From a virus (lineage: Duplodnaviria; Caudoviricetes): a stretch of 28,992 nucleotides of DNA. Of this stretch, positions 7,257 through 15,236 are shown in pieces. Within the stretch, counting starts at the first letter, position 1. The number at the start of each line of letters is the position of its first letter. The position numbers were made by a program, and so were the translations under genes. The DNA lies in the IMG/VR virus record IMGVR_UViG_3300033232_000017, positions 1-28,992 of that record. One strand, written 5' to 3'. The notes under the pieces are model-generated. The model was not told the origin of the DNA, ran no database searches, and saw only the letters and a program-made list of their open reading frames with translations.

Positions 7257-9739
7257 GCGCGTTACCGAACACAATACAACACCCAGCGTCGGTAGACGCA
7301 TACATTCGTCACGGGTTCAGCCTTGTACCGATACCGGCAGGAACCAAGGGTCCTCGCACCCAAGGGTGGAATCTGCGGGAAAACGCAATCAGGTCGCAGT
7401 CTGATCTGCCGCTAGGCTACGGCATCGGGCTTGCCCATGCTTACAGCGGCACGATGGCGTTCGACATCGACAACTGGGACGCCACCATAGCGCAGGGCAT
7501 TGATGTCAATACGCTCTACGATGCACCCGACGCGGTGATCATTGACTCAGGGCGACAGGGGCACGGCAAGCTGCTGTACGCGATGCCCTTCGGCATGGCG
7601 CTACCATCCAAGAAGGTCATCATCGACGGTGTGACTATCTACGAGCTGCGCTGCGCTACGAGCAACAACCTGACTGTGCAGGACGTGCTGCCGCCAAGCC
7701 AGCACCCTCAGACCATGCAGCCCTACCGCTGGGCAGGCAAGGGTCACTGGATGCGACTGCCCACCATCCCCGACCAACTGCTCGATCTGTGGCAGGAGAT
7801 GCTTGAGTACGATAAGGTGCGCAACATCAGCACCAGCACGTCCATCAACGCATCATGGTCGGAGATCAGGTCGGCACTGGAGTCCATCAGCCCCGACTGT
7901 TCGAGAGAGGAGTGGATTAACTGCGGCATGGCCCTGCATTGGGCCGGTATCCAGACTGATCAGATTGACCAAGGTCTGCACCTGTGGAACGAGTGGTCAA
8001 TACCGTCAGTCAAGTACCCTGGTGAGCGTGAGGTGCTCAAACAGTGGCAGTCGTTCAAAGCCGACAAGGCCACAGCGGTCAAGCTGGGCACCCTGTTCCA
8101 CATCGCCAAGCAGCACGGGTGGCAACGACCTACACCAGACGCCAGCGAATATTTCACAGCGGTGCAAACGGAACACATCAAGACACCCGCCCAAGTCACC
8201 ACTGATCTGCGACCACCCCCACCTGATCTTGATATGTCACTGTTTCCCGGCATTCTGAGTCATCGGGCACAGGAGGTCAGTGACTCGGTGGGGTGTGACC
8301 CACTGGTGCCCTTGTTCGCGGGGTTATCTGCGGTCTGCGGTGCCATTGACGCACAGAGCCGACTGGAGTTGAAGCCGGGGTTCAAGGTGCCACCTGTGCT
8401 GTGGGTGATGACGATCGGTGACCCTGCCGACAAGAAGTCACCCGGCTCAAGGCCCATGTTCAACGTGCTGCGTCAGATCGAGGGGGAGGATCACAAGAGG
8501 TTCAGCAACGACAAACTGAAGTTCGAGGCACTAGACGCTCAGTACCAGTCTGCCAAGAAGGCGTTCATCGAGCATGCACAGTCAGCCGATGCGATGCTGT
8601 CCAACACCCTGCCGCCGTCGCTCCCACCAGAACCCACCGAACCGGTGGCAGTGAAACTGTTGGTTCAGGACATCACCTCACAGAAACTCGTGCGACAGGC
8701 ATCCAAACGCCCACGAGGGCTGCTGTGCTACCTTGATGAAATGTCGTCATGGGTGGACAAGGTGTGCGACAAACGCAGCGGGGATGACCGCTCCACATGG
8801 ACGATCAGTTACGAGTCAGAACCGTATGAGATGGATCGGGTGGGTGCTGGCACGATCTACTGTGAGAACTTCGCACTGTCGATCTTTGGCAACATCCAAC
8901 CAAGGGTGTTTCACCAGAACGTGGAGCAGTTGTCCAAGGACGGTCTGTTACAGCGATTCATCCCGGTGCCTCTGCGCCACCACATGACACGCAAGGGCAA
9001 CCCTACCCCCTCGTTCATGAGCACCGAAGCACAGTACGACCAGATGATCCGCTCGGTGCATTCGCTGCCACCCTTAACTTACTCACTCGCTGATGATGCG
9101 GCACAGGCGTTCGATGACTTCCAGACATGGTACGAGAGCGCCAAACGCAACGAGCGCATCGTGGGTACAGGCAACAGGTTCATGACAGCATTCGGCAAGA
9201 TAGAGGGTCTGCTGGGTCGTGTTGTGCTGCTGTGGCATGTGATACACGACCCTTACAACATGCGCGTCACTCTGGACACGATGGAGAAAGCTATCAGGTT
9301 CATCAAGACCTATCTGATCCCGTCCCTGCGATACACACACGAGTTTGACCTGGGCGGTGCCGAGTCGTTCGACATGTGGATAGCCGACCATGTTGTCTAT
9401 CACTGCGAGGAGCAGTTGATGAGCCTGTCGGAACTCAAGCACAGTGCACGCAAGCAGCTCAAGGATATGAACACATGGCAGAAGGATCAGGCGGTGCTCG
9501 GTGCCATGTATCCACTGGAGCAGGCCAAGTGGGTGATGCGTATTGACGATGGGTCAAAGGAGCACCAGCACATCGCCCAGTGGGCAATCAACCCACAGAT
9601 CAAAGAGGTGTTCAAGGATCATCGGCAGAGGGTGATCCGTGCCAAACAGGCCCTGATGGACGAGGTGCGATCGGCTACCAAATCACCAATCCCGAAGGTC
9701 AAATACAGCGAGATGTTGGAGGAAGACCCCGATCATTGA
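7253..9739 (+). CDS. Multidomain primase-helicase: bifunctional Prim-Pol N-terminus, PriCT-2, DUF3987/YfjI-like P-loop domain (828 aa)
   Basis: YIRHGFSLVPIPAGTKGP ... GIGL ... FDID ... VLPPSQHP (Prim-Pol); SREEWINCGMALH ... WNEWS ... KY ... WQSF ... LGTLFHIAKQHGW (PriCT-2); GDPADKKSP, YLDEMS, FGNIQP, DGLLQRF (DUF3987). Confidence 0.9.
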   Translation: MSALPNTIQHPASVDAYIRHGFSLVPIPAGTKGPRTQGWNLRENAIRSQSDLPLGYGIGLAHAYSGTMAFDIDNWDATIAQGIDVNTLYDAPDAVIIDSGRQGHGKLLYAMPFGMALPSKKVIIDGVTIYELRCATSNNLTVQDVLPPSQHPQTMQPYRWAGKGHWMRLPTIPDQLLDLWQEMLEYDKVRNISTSTSINASWSEIRSALESISPDCSREEWINCGMALHWAGIQTDQIDQGLHLWNEWSIPSVKYPGEREVLKQWQSFKADKATAVKLGTLFHIAKQHGWQRPTPDASEYFTAVQTEHIKTPAQVTTDLRPPPPDLDMSLFPGILSHRAQEVSDSVGCDPLVPLFAGLSAVCGAIDAQSRLELKPGFKVPPVLWVMTIGDPADKKSPGSRPMFNVLRQIEGEDHKRFSNDKLKFEALDAQYQSAKKAFIEHAQSADAMLSNTLPPSLPPEPTEPVAVKLLVQDITSQKLVRQASKRPRGLLCYLDEMSSWVDKVCDKRSGDDRSTWTISYESEPYEMDRVGAGTIYCENFALSIFGNIQPRVFHQNVEQLSKDGLLQRFIPVPLRHHMTRKGNPTPSFMSTEAQYDQMIRSVHSLPPLTYSLADDAAQAFDDFQTWYESAKRNERIVGTGNRFMTAFGKIEGLLGRVVLLWHVIHDPYNMRVTLDTMEKAIRFIKTYLIPSLRYTHEFDLGGAESFDMWIADHVVYHCEEQLMSLSELKHSARKQLKDMNTWQKDQAVLGAMYPLEQAKWVMRIDDGSKEHQHIAQWAINPQIKEVFKDHRQRVIRAKQALMDEVRSATKSPIPKVKYSEMLEEDPDH

Positions 9740-9775
9740 TGCCGAATGCGTTTTTCGATTGTTGGTCAAAGACAA

Positions 9776-9816
9776 GAGGGAGGGGGCATCAGTTGCCAAC
9801 CTCCCTCATTTATTTT
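9776..9816 (+). terminator. Probable intrinsic terminator, possibly bidirectional
   Basis: GAGGGAGG (9776-9783)/CCTCCCTC (9800-9807) with inner GGCA/TGCC, followed by ATTTATTTT; lies between convergent genes. Confidence 0.65.
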
Positions 9817-9912
9817 GAAACTGAAATTCAAACTTGCGTCTCATTAAGGGTACAGGTTTGGCCCTATAGTGGAAAAACGGCCCTGTGAGCCGTTTTCGAC
9901 CCCTGGGGCTAC

Positions 9913-10158
9913 TTACCCCTTGGTGGCATCCGATTGGTGCGCCAGAGCTGCCAGTAAGTCGGGTGCCAGGGCTTGCAGGGTTTCAATGACTTCGATCAGC
10001 CGCAGAGCCGCAGCATCCGGCCGACGTTCACCCTTTAACCATTTGACATAAGTGTTCACGGGTACGCCTAGTAGATTAGCAAGGCCAGCAGGGGTTAACC
10101 CGGAACGGGTTTGCCAGTCTTGTAACCTGACCGGGATAGAGTTGCTTGATTTAGTCAT
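9913..10158 (-). CDS. XRE/Cro-family helix-turn-helix protein (81 aa)
   Basis: GLTPAGLANLLGVPVNTYVKWLKGERRP HTH pattern; AGGA SD. Confidence 0.85.
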   Translation of the reverse strand: MTKSSNSIPVRLQDWQTRSGLTPAGLANLLGVPVNTYVKWLKGERRPDAAALRLIEVIETLQALAPDLLAALAHQSDATKG

Positions 10159-10170
10159 TTTGATGTTCCT

Positions 10171-10194
10171 AAAAAACCCGGTGCGTTGACCGGG
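10171..10194 (-). terminator. Intrinsic terminator directly upstream of the HTH gene
   Basis: Minus strand CCCGGT-caacgc-ACCGGG-TTTTTT. Confidence 0.7.
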
Positions 10195-10213
10195 CAGGGT
10201 TGATTGATTTGGG

Positions 10214-10441
10214 TTAGATCAGGTCTTTGTCATCGACATTGTTTAGCACGTCAATCAAGGGCGAATAGTCTTCAGCACAATGAAGCGGTTTAACTTTGAT
10301 TTTGTGCCATGCAATCATGATCGTGGCCAGGGTTTTGGACCGTAGTTCCAGTCGGTCAGCCAATGCCCGTATCGGCTGACCTTCGAGGCGATCCGATAGC
10401 CGGATCATTTCGGCATCGGTAAATAAGTGATGAAAAAACAT
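10214..10441 (-). CDS. Hypothetical protein (75 aa)
   Basis: Tiles 3 bp after the upstream stop in a same-strand cluster; no family recognised. Confidence 0.6.
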   Translation of the reverse strand: MFFHHLFTDAEMIRLSDRLEGQPIRALADRLELRSKTLATIMIAWHKIKVKPLHCAEDYSPLIDVLNNVDDKDLI

Positions 10442-10444
10442 GGT

Positions 10445-10762
10445 TCATTGTTCCCCTTTTTCAATAGCGTCAAAGATTACGGACTTGTCATAGTCCGAAG
10501 TGACAGACGGAGCGGGATAGTTAAGCCGCTCAAAACAGTCAAAAAAGAATTCTTTATAGGCGTCTGCCGGTCCGTTTTCCCGTTCCCAGGATTCCAGCGT
10601 CTCGAGGTCTTCAATCTCGGCCTCCATTGACTCAATCTCATCTTTCAGGTCAATGATGCATTGCAGCAGGTTAGCCAGTTCGACATTGCCTACGGCATAC
10701 GCATTGCGTTCAAGCTCGGCCCATTGTTCTAAAGTCAAATCTATGTAATCTATAGTGTTCAT
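10445..10762 (-). CDS. Hypothetical acidic protein with coiled coil (105 aa)
   Basis: GGAG SD; heptad-like acidic segment IIDLKDEIESMEAEIEDLETLE; tight tiling. Confidence 0.75.
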   Translation of the reverse strand: MNTIDYIDLTLEQWAELERNAYAVGNVELANLLQCIIDLKDEIESMEAEIEDLETLESWERENGPADAYKEFFFDCFERLNYPAPSVTSDYDKSVIFDAIEKGEQ

Positions 10763-10764
10763 GG

Positions 10765-11136
10765 TTAAATCTCCAGTTTGTTAATGATGCGCTGGCGCTC
10801 AGCTTTGGCATAAGCCAGGGCTTCGCTTTCCAGCTCTTGCGCCACTGTTGACAGATAGCAATTCGATGTGTTGATGTTGCACTCAATTCCCCACAATGAT
10901 GCGGCATGATCTGTCAACTCGATGCCGTTGAATGACACCGATAAAACAATGCCACAGAAAAACCATTCTTCCCCGTGCCACTTTTCGACAGCGCGAGCAG
11001 AGTAACACCCTGACTCGTCAGGGTGTGAATCCTGGTCATATACGATTGTGGCGGTCAACGTGTAACCATCTTTTGCCCAGGTGATCGAATCACCTGGGCA
11101 AGCATAAGAAGCGAATTGTGGAAATTTGGTTTTCAT
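10765..11136 (-). CDS. Hypothetical protein (123 aa)
   Basis: Start moved to ATG 11136 (MKTKFPQF), which overlaps the upstream TGA (ATGA); WFFCGIVLSV ... ASLWGIE segment resembles small early phage proteins. Confidence 0.75.
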   Translation of the reverse strand: MKTKFPQFASYACPGDSITWAKDGYTLTATIVYDQDSHPDESGCYSARAVEKWHGEEWFFCGIVLSVSFNGIELTDHAASLWGIECNINTSNCYLSTVAQELESEALAYAKAERQRIINKLEI

Positions 11137-11984
11137 GATGTAAACCCCAATTGAACAGCGACCCCTTGCAGCTCGGAGAATGGAATATCGTGGCAACCGA
11201 CTACCATAGACCCGTCGTTGCGTATCCCGGTCAAACGATAAACGCCGATAGGGTGTCCAGGGTCAAAGTCCTTATTACCGCTCATAACACGGCCCACCAT
11301 CGCCCAGATGCTGGCAGCTTGGGTCAGAGGTACGGATGCACCGCGACTCGTTTCGATTTGATCATCCCTGATGCGCAATGCCACGGGCAACCGGCGCAAT
11401 TCGTATGAGTTGCAAGGCTTGCAATCGCGCCACAGTGCGAGCGTCTCGGTAAGTGACAAGGCATCGATCCGTTCACGCTCTTTTATCGCAGCATTACGCT
11501 TCGCGGCTTCAGCTTTGACCGCCACGGCGATTTTCTTCAACTCGGTGGCATCAGTGACTGGCCGGGCGATGCGAAGGTCGGAGCCGACTATTTCAGCGAA
11601 ACGATTGAACTGGTCAATCTGGTGCAGTGCTCGGCCAATGTAGTAGTCTTTTTTAGATTTTGCGGTGCTCGCTTTGCGCATCAGCGCATCGACTGACAGA
11701 TTGACGGCCTGATACGATTGTGCAGCGCTGTCAACATCCGGCACAAACACGCAATCCAGGTGTGAACAGGCATACCGTAAATCGGATTGATGCCTTGATG
11801 TAGTCACGGACCATGAGCCGCTAGACAGTGCCACGATACCGGGTGCGATGTGCTTGCCTATGCAAGCCGCATAACTGTACGCCCTGGGCAGGGCGTATGA
11901 GGTATTTCCAGCGCGGCCCGACGGCTGTACCCGGTTCGCGAAATAGTGATAAACCTCACCGGAGTTCTTTAGTACGAGTCTCAT
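11133..11984 (-). CDS. Hypothetical protein (283 aa), probable early gene
   Basis: Long ORF with AAGGA SD; segments WSVTTSRHQ, IETSRGASVP and VVGCHDIPFSE; function not recognised. Confidence 0.8.
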   Translation of the reverse strand: MRLVLKNSGEVYHYFANRVQPSGRAGNTSYALPRAYSYAACIGKHIAPGIVALSSGSWSVTTSRHQSDLRYACSHLDCVFVPDVDSAAQSYQAVNLSVDALMRKASTAKSKKDYYIGRALHQIDQFNRFAEIVGSDLRIARPVTDATELKKIAVAVKAEAAKRNAAIKERERIDALSLTETLALWRDCKPCNSYELRRLPVALRIRDDQIETSRGASVPLTQAASIWAMVGRVMSGNKDFDPGHPIGVYRLTGIRNDGSMVVGCHDIPFSELQGVAVQLGFTS

Positions 11985-12011
11985 TTCAATTTTTCCTTTC
12001 AGGGTTACGGG

Positions 12012-12191
12012 TTACAGGGTGAAGGTTTCATATTTGTGCAGCGCATACAAAGACAGCGCAACGCATGCCAGCGCCGGAACAGCGAACAAGGGAAAGCAAT
12101 CGAGCCATGCGGCCAGGTGCAGGCCAGCATAAAGCGCTGGCACCGTGGCGACCATTGCGATAGCGGACAGAGTGAAATAAAAGGTCTTCAT
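12012..12191 (-). CDS. Small hydrophobic protein with two predicted membrane segments (59 aa)
   Basis: ATG 12191 (MKTFYFTLSAIAMVATVPALYAGL ... FPLFAVPALACVALSLYAL); first gene left of the repeat region. Confidence 0.6.
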   Translation of the reverse strand: MKTFYFTLSAIAMVATVPALYAGLHLAAWLDCFPLFAVPALACVALSLYALHKYETFTL

Positions 12192-12250
12192 AACGATTTT
12201 TTCTTTCAAAGTTACAGGTTACAGGCTTTATTGCCTAGTGCGATTATCAA

Positions 12251-12880
12251 CCCAATGGGGTGCCGTGTTGATTGATTGTCACTAAACCCATTGGGTTAAC
12301 GATAGACTGAGCCTAACCCAATGGGTTGACGTGTCACAATGTTGGGTCTAGTGTGCCCATTGGGTAAGTGTGCCACACTAGCCCATTTTTCCAGTATCGT
12401 GTCAGGGTGAATCGGGAAAAGACCCTATTAGAAAAAGTCGTTTAAAAATTGTTCCTGCGCAATGGAAAATCGGTAGACCCTGCCACTTTAACCCAGTGGG
12501 TCAGTCAATTTTGTCCCCCATTGGGTCAAATTACCCCACTGGGTCACTTTACACCATAACCCAGTGGGCACCATAACCCAGTGGGTTTAGTCAACCCATT
12601 GGGTTATTTTGACCCATTGGGAAGCATGAACCCATTGGGTTATGGTGCCTTATTGGGTGCCCATTGGGTCTATGCGTCACAGTACCCAATGGGTTTACAG
12701 GGTCATTAGTGGACAGACCACGGAACCGGGTGGCACTGTTGAACGGGTCTTGATGCAGGGTGCCGGGTGCCGATTGAAAACATCTGCAGGGGGGGGGGAG
12801 CCCCAAGCGGCCGCTGTGAAAATGTGACAGGAGGTACCCCGGACACCGTGAATAAAATTTCAACTTGATAACCCATTGGG
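12251..12880. repeat. Non-coding array of palindromic CCCANTGGG sites (15 perfect, 1 degenerate)
   Basis: Perfect copies start at 12251, 12287, 12317, 12356, 12492, 12517, 12535, 12560, 12577, 12595, 12613, 12631, 12660, 12685, 12872; degenerate CTTATTGGG at 12649. Confidence 0.95.
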
Positions 12881-12890
12881 TAGCACCACG

Positions 12891-12938
12891 GAAAAAATAA
12901 AAAATAAAATTTCCCGTATTCAACTCGTGTGATACAGT
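12891..12938 (+). promoter_or_regulatory. Putative promoter of the packaging/structural operon
   Basis: A-tract UP-like element (12892-12909), TTTCCC (12910-12915), 17 bp, TACAGT (12933-12938) with a TG extension. Confidence 0.55.
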
Positions 12939-12943
12939 AAAGC

Positions 12944-13489
12944 ATGAGCAATTCTGTACTCGACATACCTGACTGGCTTGCACCTGCCTATGCTCCTGAC
13001 CTCACCCCGGTTGACCACGATCAACTCGTCGAGCAGGGCAGGCAGGATCGCAAGCATCTCCAGCTCCATCAGTTCGAGATCACGTTCGAGCGTGTCATCG
13101 AACATATTGCTGCGGGCAACCCCCTCAGTGCGGCACTCGAGGCGATGCCTTACGATCTTGATTACGGTAAGTACCTACAGTGGATACTGAAGGACGAAGG
13201 GCGCAAGTCGAGTTATTACGGTGCGCAGGAGATGGGCGCAGAGATCATCGCGGATCAGATGATCAAGATTTCGGATGCGGATGACTCACTCGAAGATGTG
13301 GCGAGGTCGACGTTGAGGATCAACACTCGGAAGTGGCTGCTGGGGGTGTGGAACCGCAAGAGGTTCGGAGAGGTCAAACAGATTGAGCAGAATGTCACGA
13401 TCGATCTGGGTGAAGCGATGCGAGTTGCCCAGGAGAGGGTGGACACTCGCAGAACCATAGATGTTAATGCGAGGATGATCAATGGCTAG
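12944..13489 (+). CDS. terS: Terminase small subunit (Sf6 gp1-like)
   Basis: HTH-like N-terminal part then GAEIIADQMIKISD ... RSTLRINTRKWLL ... KRFGE; overlaps the TerL start. Confidence 0.85.
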   Translation: MSNSVLDIPDWLAPAYAPDLTPVDHDQLVEQGRQDRKHLQLHQFEITFERVIEHIAAGNPLSAALEAMPYDLDYGKYLQWILKDEGRKSSYYGAQEMGAEIIADQMIKISDADDSLEDVARSTLRINTRKWLLGVWNRKRFGEVKQIEQNVTIDLGEAMRVAQERVDTRRTIDVNARMING

Positions 13490-15017
13490 AACTGGCCCGT
13501 CGAAGGGTGAGCAGGAGCTGATTACCAGTCTGCTTCAGTACAAGTATGACCCGCTGGGGTTTGTGTTGTTCGCATTCCCTTGGGGTGTGGCGGGCACACC
13601 GCTGGCGCAGATGGACGGGCCACGTGCGTGGCAGCAGGGTGAGTTCGAGCGCATCGGTGACCACCTGATGCTCGATCGGGAGAAGATGGCGATCGGGCTG
13701 CCGCCGTCGCCCGTGTACTTGTCCGTGTCGAGTGGTCGGGGGATTGGTAAGAGCGCGTGGCTGTCAATGGTGGACATGTGGGCCATGAGCTGTTGGATAG
13801 GTGCCACGACGATCGTGACGGCTAACACAGAGAAGCAGTTGGTCAGCAGAACGATGGCCGAGCTGGGTAAGTGGCACACGATGAGTATCAACTCGCACTG
13901 GTTCGACAAGGCATCGACTGCGCTGCGGCCACACAAGTGGTTCGCGGAGCTGATCCAGCAGCAGTTGAAGATCGACACGCAGTATTACTATGTCGATGCG
14001 CAGTCGTGGAGCGAGGAGAACCCGGACGCGTTCGCCGGGGCGCACAGTCAGATCGGCATGGTCGTCCAGTTCGATGAGGCGAGCGGCATCCCTGACCCGA
14101 TCTGGCAGGTGACCGAGGGGTTTTTCACAGACCTGGCGCCGCTGCGCCTGTGGCTGGCGATCAGTAACCCTCGGCGCAACACAGGCAGGTTCTTCGAGTG
14201 TTTCCACAAAGACAGGGCGTTCTGGCAGACCCGGTACATCGACAGCCGCGCTGTCGAGGGGGTGGATGGCGCGGTGTACCAGCGCATAGCAGACAAGTAT
14301 GGTGAAGACCACGATGTGACGAGGGTTGAGGTCAAGGGGGAGTTCCCTCGCACCGGATCGAACCAGTTCATCGGGCGTGATGCCGCAGACAAGGCGGCGA
14401 CACGAGAGCTGACCGAGGACGGTGGGGCACCACTACTCGTAGGGGTAGACGTTGCCCGGTTCGGGGACGATGAGAGCGTGATCAGGTTCAGACGTGGCAG
14501 GGATGCCCGTACAATCCCGCCGTTCAAGTTCAAGGGGTTCAACACGATGGAGCTGTCTAATGAGGTGGCTGGGTTGATCGAACGGTTCAACCCGGACGCT
14601 GTGTTTGTGGATGGCGGTGGCGTCGGCGGTGGCGTGGTCGATCGTCTGAAGCAGATGGGCTATCGTGTCATCGAGGTGCAGAGTGGCGAGAAGGCGTCAG
14701 ATGATAGTAAGTATTTGAACAAGAGAGCTGAGATGTGGGGAGGAGTGCGCGAGTGGTTGTCGATAGGGTATATTGACAACGATCAGGCGCTGATTGACGA
14801 CTTGACCGGGCCGGAGTACAGTCTGTCCCTGAAGGGTCAGATTAAACTGGAGACCAAGGACTCCATGAAGAAGCGGGGTTTGGCCTCTCCTGATGATGCC
14901 GACGCGCTGGCGCTGACCTTCGCTGAACCGATCGCCCGTTCGGACTCACACCTGATGCGCACCCGCAGCCGACTGGCTGGCAGGACGGCGCAGATGGACT
15001 ATGATGTGTTTGCTTAA
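13482..15017 (+). CDS. terL: Terminase large subunit
   Basis: Walker A SSGRGIGKS, Walker B VVQFDEASGI, coupling motif SNP, nuclease motifs GVDVARFGDD and SPDDADALALTF. Confidence 0.96.
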   Translation: MARTGPSKGEQELITSLLQYKYDPLGFVLFAFPWGVAGTPLAQMDGPRAWQQGEFERIGDHLMLDREKMAIGLPPSPVYLSVSSGRGIGKSAWLSMVDMWAMSCWIGATTIVTANTEKQLVSRTMAELGKWHTMSINSHWFDKASTALRPHKWFAELIQQQLKIDTQYYYVDAQSWSEENPDAFAGAHSQIGMVVQFDEASGIPDPIWQVTEGFFTDLAPLRLWLAISNPRRNTGRFFECFHKDRAFWQTRYIDSRAVEGVDGAVYQRIADKYGEDHDVTRVEVKGEFPRTGSNQFIGRDAADKAATRELTEDGGAPLLVGVDVARFGDDESVIRFRRGRDARTIPPFKFKGFNTMELSNEVAGLIERFNPDAVFVDGGGVGGGVVDRLKQMGYRVIEVQSGEKASDDSKYLNKRAEMWGGVREWLSIGYIDNDQALIDDLTGPEYSLSLKGQIKLETKDSMKKRGLASPDDADALALTFAEPIARSDSHLMRTRSRLAGRTAQMDYDVFA

Positions 15018-15032
15018 CTGAGGATAGAAGAT

Positions 15033-15236
15033 ATGAGTGCACTGTTCCGTTCGCCCAAGACCCCTGAACCCCCTCCGATCAAGCCCACGGTGGCAACACC
15101 CGATGTGCAGGCAGCCTCGATGGCGACCCGACGCAGGGAGCGTGCTGCCAGCGGTAGAGCTGCGACCATGCTGACGAGCAGCGACGAGCAGTCGGCTGCA
15201 CCGATGATCGGCACCAAGAAGCTGTTGGGTCAGTAA
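15033..15236 (+). CDS. Small virion-associated protein (T7 gp7.3-like position)
   Basis: GAGGA SD; Pro-rich N-terminus and GRAATMLT ... KKLLGQ C-terminus typical of the small gene before the portal in BPP-1-like phages. Confidence 0.75.
   Translation: MSALFRSPKTPEPPPIKPTVATPDVQAASMATRRRERAASGRAATMLTSSDEQSAAPMIGTKKLLGQ

Noticed and set aside
12251-12880. CRISPR or mini-CRISPR array, paired with the Cas4-like DUF2800 gene
   Set aside because: Repeats are only 9-13 bp with core linkers of 2-16 bp, far below CRISPR repeat and spacer sizes; no cas1/cas2; DUF2800 is a standard member of this replication cassette.
12591-12983. ORFs 12591-12983, 12642-12827 and 12706-12966 with repeated NPMG/PIG peptides
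   Set aside because: They are translations of the palindromic DNA repeats, lack SD sequences and overlap the terS promoter.
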